Source: Vermamoeba vermiformis (lineage: Eukaryota). Taken from it: a DNA stretch of 64,000 nt. The position numbers and the translations under genes are program-made. The notes beneath the pieces were generated by a model. That model saw only the letters and a list, made by a program, of their open reading frames with translations, was not told the DNA's origin and ran no database searches. Location: contig JBEWZL010000084.1 in the NCBI GenBank assembly GCA_045837725.1, positions 186,001-250,000 of the forward strand, given 5' to 3'. Positions 55,185 to 64,000 of the stretch are shown here, piece after piece. How positions within the stretch are numbered: position 1 is the stretch's first letter; each line of letters opens with the position of its first letter.

Positions 55185-57940
55185 TTAGTTCGAGTTTTCT
55201 TGGCTGGATTCGCTTTGAGAACTCGAGCTGGATGACGACGAAGTATCGTTATCTTCACTAGACACTTGCTCGCTTGAAGTCTTATCTTCTTCAGCGCTAG
55301 GTGTATCTTGTTTGTCGTCACGAGGACCGATCGGGACTATCTTCGATCCGTTGACTTGGTTCAAACCCTTAGGCTTATCCTCGCCCAAAACGACATTAGG
55401 AGGAGGAATGGAACGCTCGACCTTAACGGTTTCGGTCTTCTTCATCATCTTTTGGGTCTTTTTGTCCTTGTACTCGATCAAGTCCTTGATCTCCTTCTTG
55501 GGGTTCATTTCAGTCGGGAAATTTCGCGAAGTAGTGCGCGACATGGACGATGCGCTCTGCTTCTTGCCAGCACCAGAAACGAAGAAGAAAATTGTAAGGC
55601 TGAGCGAGATCAGATGCGAGAACAAAACCGTCAAGAAGTAGTAGATGACGTAGCCTATGCATATTTTAAGATTAGTGTTTGTATTGAAATGCAAAACATC
55701 GTAAGATAATTCGGTCAAACTTGGTCAACGCGTACTGGAATTGAAGAAAGTCGAAAATAACGCAAAATAATTTAGCTCGACTTACCCATAGCGGTCTGCA
55801 ATAATTGCCAAGTGCAGGCAAGAGTAACAGTCCAGCCAATTAAAGAGGCAGCGACAGCAAAACCGACAAGTGAAGCCTAATAATATTTGTTTAGTTCCGC
55901 GTACTTGATCCAACGTCCATCAACGAAATTGCCAATTTAGAATTGCATACGTACTCTTCGTTGAGCGGCGCTACGGTGGTTGCGCAAGCCGTTGTTTAAT
56001 CGGGCCAAAACGCGGCTAGATGTGATGATAAAGTAAATCGCCAACAAACCGCTCAAAACGACGTAGACAATCGTGCTAGCCATAAACCACTCGTCACTGC
56101 CTTGGAGTCGAATAATCATATGCGAGTAATCGAATGAGAAGAAAATTGCGCAGACGATCCAGATGGGAATGGCCATCTTCGACATCCAAGGGTTGAGCTT
56201 GACTGAATCAGCGACAAGGTTCTCATTCCTATTAATTGAATAAAAAATATCATTAGTATCACATCAACCGATTGTTTGACGGCATTCAGTGTGATCCCCA
56301 ACGGTGCAGCGGAACAACGCGACAGTGTACTTATTTTGGCACCAACGAAGGGATTAACTTTGCTATTAAATGTGCATTTTAATTTTTAATAGCAAAGTTA
56401 ATCGCTTAGATGCAATTTCGAGATTAGATCGGCCGCGAAGTCTGAGTGCCCGATAATTTTCAGACAAAATGTTGCAATGTAATCCATTATTTGTGTAATA
56501 TGTTTGAGTATACTTACCAGAAGAGTGGAGTAATCCAAGCTGCTGAGAGGATGAACGGATTCGGCAGGGTTACGAAAGAGACTTTCACTTGAGTAGGCAA
56601 AACTCGGTTTCCAAGACCTCCATAATCAAGAACAGCGATGAAACGGACTAACAAATGCGTAATTAGATATTAGATCGAGAAAGGAGGACTATTTGCCTAG
56701 CGTCTAAATATGGCTAAACCTTATTTCAATAGATGCAGTAAATTTAAATTTTCTACTTACGCCAGTTAGCAATAAATAAAAACAGTAACGCCAATAAGGG
56801 AATGACGAGCTTGACTTCCGAGGTTCTAAATCTGCGGCAAACATCCACAAACTTGATACCAACAATAACGATGTTGGCGATGATCAGGATCTCCAAAATG
56901 ATTCTGAAACCGTACTTGGTGAAGCCATCCTCCAGAGCAGCGATGTACTCGTTATCCTCTGCGCAATTAAAATATTAGTTACCTAATTTAGACCAAACAA
57001 ACATCAGCAAAGAATTTTTTACTCGAGATCACGCTCGAGATAACGATTCACAAAAGCTGGAAATCGTAATCCTTCAAAGCAAACAGAGGTGTCACGATAT
57101 TAAGGATTAGCTATGCTCCTGAATTTCATAAATTTACGTCAAACGCTTTCGTACCTGTTGCATCCAGTGTTGCATTCACTATTAAACCGTTGGATGTGGC
57201 GTCGAACACTAAATCATAAATCTGCTTCCATGTGGCATATGATGTATCACTAACTGGAACAGTAATATCCTCAGTGTCATTATTTTGAATATAAAACGTG
57301 TTTTCGCCTGGCACAGCTCCTGATAAGATAATATATTAGCCTTAATTTATCATTTAACGTCATCCTGGTGTCGTTGTGTGACACGCCGATTCGAGAGGAT
57401 CCGCATTAAATAATGATAATTTTATTATTTCCATAATTGGGTTAACGGTAATATTTCGCGGATTTGTACGTACCTGTGTAGCCTGATAGTAATAGAGCTC
57501 CTGGTGAGTATTGCTGGAACCTACGAACTCTATCTTCTGGTGGCATGCTTGTTTCGAGTAAAACGATGGCGCCGGGATGGGACGGCGCTTTATTTTGTAC
57601 AACAAGTTCGGCAGTTATCGGCTCAAATGGTTCGGGAGTGCCTATATTTAAGGAACATTTAGCGAATAGGCTAAAGTTGACAAGCACGATCTAGATTCTG
57701 AGTTGACATGTTTGCAATTATTTCGATTTATTTTTGAATTAATTAATTCACCTACCCGCAAAAAATATTTGAGCTGTACTCCATTCGCCTGCATATTCAG
57801 GTGGTGAATGAATAACTAATTTGCAAGCGGCATGCGAAATTGACAAGGCTGTGAAAAGAAAATATGAGATGGATAACGGTTTTAAATTCAATATTACCTA
57901 ATAGGGCCGTAACAAGCCAAGTGAGCTTATTAGTCCTCAT
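55185..57940 (-). CDS. Signal peptide, PA-like ectodomain and about 7 TM helices (GPCR-like)
   Basis: Hydrophobic N-terminus; ITAELV..GAIVLL..EDRVRRFQ..GALLL..ITVPV resembles a PA domain; about seven hydrophobic segments and a Ser/acidic tail. Confidence 0.6.
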
Positions 57941-58699
57941 ATTGACCCTTTTATGTTCTTCGCTTGTGAAAATTGGTTCTGATTAGTTGACAATTAACGA
58001 CCGGTCGTCAATTTAAATTTTTATGGAGCTCCGAAAAATTGCACGAATCACACTATCACAATTCAATCTCTTTTAACTCACATTATGTACCTCTCAGCGT
58101 TTGACGGATTATGGAGCAAGATCCACCGAGTGACTTCCAAGCCAGAACGCGGGATAACCCAATATGGAATTATGGTGAGCTTGGATACCGTAACAAAAGA
58201 CCACCGACTGCATTTGATATTAATATGGCGATACTGTAACGACAGGATACGTAATTAAGCATCACATTATTTAACGTAATCAAGCCGATTGAATCGCAAC
58301 TCTGGTTCACAACTGCACGCAGATTTTTCTCGATTATAATCACTAATTAAGCTCTACAACAATAATTTCAGCCATAACACATAATATCAAGCGACAATAA
58401 TATTTTTAGGTGGATGTCGTTCACACTATTTATCGCGTGTTTCAAAAGTTTGTTGTGTTTGCTCGAACGGATTAACGAGCCACTTCTGAATGTTAATGTA
58501 TAACTATTTATCAAAATATCAAATATTGTTGCCGGCAATGCTACGCAATACACGCTTAGCCCCAAATCCACTCGAAATTTACATCCTAGGGACGTGTGTA
58601 AATACGACAGCGCGAGCCATAATGCCAATAGTGTTAAGAAAATTAATTTAAAAGAATAGAATACGCAGCAATCTAAGAGCATAAAGCACGAAGTTTGCA

Positions 58700-60968
58700 A
58701 TGGAAGACACGAGTTTTACCTTCGGTAAGCCCATGTTTTGCAAAGCAATGTTTGCACTCGTGAATACGCGATAATAATATTTATAGCATTTAATTGCAGC
58801 TTGAACGTAATACACGAGTTTTCTAATATTTGGCGGATTCTCGATTTTGCCATTTATATTAATTTCTTCTCTAGAGGATTGGCAATCCGAAAATCCATAT
58901 TTAAGAGGCAATTTTGCGCCTGTTTTTAAAGAAATTGACGCCTCCGAACTAAAAGTTTCATTTGGCAAGATTCCCGAGGACTTAGGTAATTAAATAGAAC
59001 AATAATAACTTTAAAATATGGCAATAGAGTTAATAATATTACCTTAGATGGCATATACCTTCGTAATGGACCTAATCCGCCTTACAAACCAATGAAGAAC
59101 TACCACTGGTACGTAGCATTGTAGAACTTGCAATAAGTCTTCTTTCCTTTGTTCCTTGATTGTTGTGTGCATAGATAATTAACCTCAATTTTTTGCCAGG
59201 TTTTTAGGCGACGGTATGTTACACTCGATGAAATTCGATCATGGTAAAGCCTCTTATTCGAACAGGTACATTTATTTGCATTAAAATATTATTGAGATCA
59301 TATTGTAACGCTTTTTAGATGGGTTCGCACGGAAGATTTTCTGTTGGCGGCCAGTAAAGGAACCACTTACTTCCTCTCATTTGACGACATTCTGGGCGTG
59401 AGAGGTAGTGTATTTATTACTTAATTTAAAGGCTACATACTAAAGCTGACAAGGTGTTGCTCGCTATGCGTATGAAACGATGAAAGAGAAGTTGGGCTTT
59501 GGTCGGTCAGCGTGTTTTAGACGCGCGGCAAACACAGGTGTTGCTTATCATAACGGCAAATTACTTGCCCTCGTTGAGAACGATAAGCCTTATTGGTAGG
59601 TTTACAATAGTGCCAAATATGTACGCTAACAATTATAATCAAGGGTTCGACCATCTAACCTGCACACAGTTGGATCTAGATCTTACGACTTTGAAGGTCA
59701 ATTCGATCGCGCTACAATGACGTAAGCTCAATTATCAAACATACTTGAATAATAGGTGACACCTCCTATAGGGCACACCCGAAGATAGACCCCGAGACAG
59801 GCGAGATGATTTTCTTCGGGTATAATCAGAGCAGACCTTACGTGCATTACGGGATTGTTAATCCTGAGGGGCTAATGCGACAAGTCATCGATATCAATCT
59901 TCCTCGCTCTATCATGATGCACGACTTTGCTATCACAAAGGTAAAAATAGCCGATACCGTTATTTTTACTTACCAAATTAGAACTATTCAATCTTTATGG
60001 ATCTGCCATTTTTCTATAATGATATTGGCTTGTTGCGCGGTGAGAAGATTCTGAGATTCGACCCTAATCATAAAGGACGGTAAGTACATACTATAGGGCA
60101 CGATAAGAGTCACTTTTAATACTGTTCTAGGCTCGGAGTACTTCCGCGTTACGCTACTAGTGATGCCGAAATGAAATGGTTTGAAATTGATGCCTGCTTC
60201 GTATATCATACGTTGAACGCGTGGGAAGATGGAGATAACATCGTATTATTTGCTTGTCGATATCCAACGGTTGAATTCGAGTTTTGGGAGGCGGTACGGA
60301 AATTAAATTTAAAATTCTTTCTTGCTTTAGCAATCAATTGATTCCGTTTTATTATCCAGGCATTCCCCGGCAAAGACAATAATTTAGCCTATGCCGCTAA
60401 ATGGGTGTTGAATATGAAGACTGGCGAGGCCACGGAGTTGAAATTGAACGACATCCAAGCAGAATTCCCTAAAATCAATGAGAAGTACCTTGGCCGTAAA
60501 TGTAAATATGGATATATCGGTCTATATAACGCAGAGGTAAGTGTAACCGAATCAAGCTTGCTTCTGAAACTCCGACAAGTTAACATCTGAAAAAGGTGCG
60601 ATACCACGAGGAAGCCCACGCAGCGACGGGTGTGTACAAACTTGATTTAGAAACAAATGCCGTCACGAGGCTAGACTACGAGAATGGTCGAGAAGCAGGA
60701 GAATGCGTGTTTGTACCGCGAGCAAACGGCGTGGATGAGGATGACGGTTATTTAATGACATTTACGTACCATAATCATAAGAAGGTAAGCCACATACTCC
60801 TCAATCATGCAGCTCAGCGTCATTAACAAGCTTGATTAGATCTCGGAGTTCATGATAATTGACGCTAAATCTATGAAAGTAATTACGATCATTGATCTGC
60901 CTCAACGAGTTCCGTGGGGCTTTCATGGAACGTACATCACGCGCGAGGAGTTGCAGTCAGAACAATAA
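58700..60968 (+). CDS. Carotenoid/stilbene cleavage oxygenase (RPE65/CCD family)
   Basis: NPYLRGNFAPV, YLRNGPNP, GDGMLH; four iron-ligand His in AHPK, MHDF, YHTLNAWE and GFHG; EFPKIN, GECVFVP, EDDGYL. Confidence 0.93.
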
Positions 60969-61616
60969 TACCCACCTGTATTAGCAACAAAAAATAAATT
61001 GGATTGACTTTCAAAGCTCGGTAGTAAATTGCTATTCTAATATCCTAATTAAATATCTGCCATAATTATCTCAATTAAAACAAAGGATAGAATTACTTAC
61101 GCGGTTTCAAGCGATCGGTAGAAATGGTGCATCTTCTGTTGCTCTGCACGTGCAACCTGAAAGGATAACTTCCTCATTGTTCCACGTTGCCCTAATATCT
61201 TGTCTAGAATTATCTTCGGTTCCGCGGGCCGGTGCGTTGGTGGTTCCCGCGACGTAGCTGAACTCAAATCTGCTTTACCGAGCGAAAACACGAAAACGGC
61301 CCGTGAGCTTCGAAGTAAAAATCATACGTATTGAGGAACTCACGCCGGATAGAAATTACGGAGTATTTTGTGTTCCTGCGGAATAGGAACGTTTGTGACC
61401 ACGTGGCGATATTCTGGGTGAAAAAATTTGACGGAGCAGTTGGGCTTCATGAAAAGACCGCTACAGGACTGAATACCACACGAGGTCCAATTCTTTATTC
61501 TGAATAGCAGAATAAACTCTTTGTATATATTCTTAGTATTTTTGCTGGGTCTCACGCCTCAGCGAAAACAAGCGGTCTACAACAACTCGATCTAGTTTGT
61601 ATTACATTCTTCAAGC

Positions 61617-64000
61617 ATGGAGGTTTATTTAGGCCTCGCATTATTAGTCGTAGTTGTCATTGTGGCCTACGTTAAATTCATTAAGCCAGTTAAAGATGCA
61701 GAAAAGAAAGTCTCCGCCACTGCGCAGAACGAAAAAATTAGGCGTACTCTTTCTGAAATAAGACGCAGGAACTCTTTGACGAAGAGTCCCCCTACTCCTG
61801 CTAAAAAGGTAATAAAGAATTACTAATTTTGCTTGCTGCTGATAATTCTTGCTACTGATCTTCGAAAATCCAAAATTTAACGATTTTTTGTAAATTGCAG
61901 GGCGCAATCCCCCCTAAAATTAAGGTGTCCTCGAAGAGCGATAGTGGCTTGACTATGAAGGTCATCTTTTACTCGCAGACAGGAACTGCCGAAGATTTCG
62001 CCAACAGACTCTCAGACGAAGCCAAGCAGTTCGGCTTTGATGTAGAGACCGTGGATGCCGAGAACTATAAGAAGGTAATATTATACGACGTACTTTTGAG
62101 TATTTCAAAGTTCGGGCCGCTCCGAGATTGCGATCCGGCTGCGAGCCCAGCAAATTATATCGTGATGTCTGAAAATTACACCATTGCAGTAATTACATTA
62201 AAACAACATTATATTGCACATTGCGCAATCTACCCGAAGCTAAAACCCGATCAGATCTTCACGTAACAACTAATATTTCGCTCGTAACAATTTCCAGTTT
62301 CGGTTAAAAATTGGGGATCTACCGATTTCAAAAAATAAGAGAAATTATATACTAACGTAATTGATATAGGACGAGCTCGAGACTGAGAAATTTGTCGTTT
62401 TCGCTTGCGCCACTTATGGCGAAGGTGATCCCCCAGACAACGCCAAGGAATTCCACGAATGGCTTATGAGCGAAGAGCGCCCCAGCGATATGCTTAAGAA
62501 TACTCGCTTTGCTGTAAGTAACGCAAATTTTAACGCGATCTTCATGTCACGACGTCGCATGACGCCTGGATCTGTTACTTAAACTCTACCAATTAATTTC
62601 TTAAAAGCTTAATAATTGTTAAGAGTGTTAATCGCACCGCCCTTCATATTATACAAAGATATTCGATCCCTAGATAATTAGACAAAATTATTGGGAGCCT
62701 TTTTTTGTGATTGGTGAACTTTTTGTCGTAATCTTCTCGGGCCCGATTACTAACGTAAAATTATAAATAGGTCTTTGGATTGGGCAACAAGACTTACGAA
62801 CACTTCAACAAAATTGGTAAAGACATTGACAAGCGATTGGAAGCGTTGGGTGGTACTCGTGTTTGCAAGCGTGGTGAAGGAGATGATGACGCTAAGTAAG
62901 TCTCAAATAAGCATATAATGGCTAAGGCCGGGACCTACTCATATTGGAATACTATAAGAGCTAAAAATAGTGGATTAATTGTTTGTAATTTAGCATCGAA
63001 GAAGACTTTGTCAAGTGGAAGAAAATTTTCTTCGAGGAGACTTGCAACGCGTTCAAGATTAACGCTAGCGACAAGAAGGATACTATGTAAGTGTAGCTAT
63101 TAATATCAGCATGATTTGAATTATTTGCAAATTGATTTTTATTCTAAATTTGTCCGAAATGACTTTCAATTCAAAATTTAATTCCCAAATTAGTCCTTGG
63201 GTAATAGCGATGCAATAATCGCATGACACTATATTAATCGCGTCGTATTATTAGTGAGCGCAAATTCAAGTTGGAGACTTATGAAAGATCAGATCCTGCT
63301 ATTGCCGACGTTGATATCAATAACATTCCTCGTTGGTCGCCTAAGCATTATGAAAAGAACACTAGCAATGTCTGCGATAACAAGAACCCTTACTTGGGCA
63401 AAATTGTCGTTAATCGTGAGTTGCACAAGAGCTGCTCTGATCGATCTTGCAGACACGTTGAGGTTGAAGTTCCCGATTGGATTAAGTACGTAGCCTTCGT
63501 ATAATAATATCGATGATTTATTGACAATATTTAGATACGAAACTGGTGACCACATTGGTATTTTCCCAACCAACGATCCAACTACCGTTGAACAATTGGC
63601 TCGTCGATTGCAAGCCGATCTCGACCAAGTTATTGAGATGAAGAGCATTGATAACAAGTAAGGATTGCCAAGAGCATTTAATTTGAATTTTTGGATTAAT
63701 TTTTTTGTCAGATCTCCTTCAGTTGTTGGTCCTTGCACTTTACGCGCTGCTTTGATGCAATACTACGACTTGAACTGCATTGCCCGCAAGCCCTTGCTTA
63801 AGGTCTTGTCTCAGTACGCTGCAGATCCAGCTGAGCAAGCTCGTCTTGCCAGTTTGTCTTCGGATGAGGTTGACCCGACCGATCCCCAAAACTACAATGT
63901 TTATATTCAAGCTGATGGCCGCACTATTTTGGAAGTCCTCGAGTCGTTCCCTAGCGTCAAGGTACCTTTGGACCACTTCTTGGAAGAGTTGCCTAAGCTT
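61617..64000 (+). CDS. POR: NADPH-cytochrome P450 reductase, truncated at window end
   Basis: N-terminal TM anchor, YSQTGTAEDFA, ATYGEGDPPDNA, VFGLGNKTYEHFN, RSCRHVE, YETGDH. Confidence 0.93.

Noticed and set aside
55308-55709. Plus-strand ORFs of 133 and 109 aa
   Set aside because: Antisense to the low-complexity last exon of the 7TM gene.
57950-58690. Possible ncRNA or mobile element in the intergenic gap, including palindrome acgaccggtcgt near 57997
   Set aside because: No terminal repeats, recognisable RNA fold or coding signal that I could support.
58700-64000. Apocarotenoid cluster of CCD plus P450 reductase
   Set aside because: POR is a general housekeeping gene and no P450 or other pathway gene is visible in the window.

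Overview
Gene-dense, intron-rich eukaryotic nuclear DNA (standard code, short GT-AG introns, roughly 38% GC by eye). It is most likely an amoebozoan, inferred from an AgtA-type GT77-WD40 gene and the LRR/RasGAP/CRN-like repertoire. I reconstructed about 22 spliced protein genes by hand; internal exon borders are approximate. Housekeeping genes are COMMD9, RMND5, COQ6, pirin, a GRAM-TBC RabGAP, an SVOP-like MFS transporter, PRP43/DHX15, a carotenoid oxygenase and cytochrome P450 reductase. Two intact tRNA genes and two truncated tRNA-Glu copies all lie in introns, in the sense orientation. The best candidate for a new system is 29307-31933: a putative Ig-fold DNA-binding domain, a MYRF/phage-type self-cleaving intramolecular chaperone (peptidase S74), one transmembrane helix and a plant-type LRR ectodomain, which suggests a one-component receptor-transcription factor. 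Other highlights: an LRR-TM-RasGAP receptor with a 1-nt frameshift, a pyruvate kinase pseudoenzyme, a sharply CpG-depleted Crinkler-like NTPase-nuclease with a mitochondrial-like presequence, an ABO-family GT6, and an NMNAT-like/APH-kinase fusion. All family calls come from motif recognition; no database searches were run.
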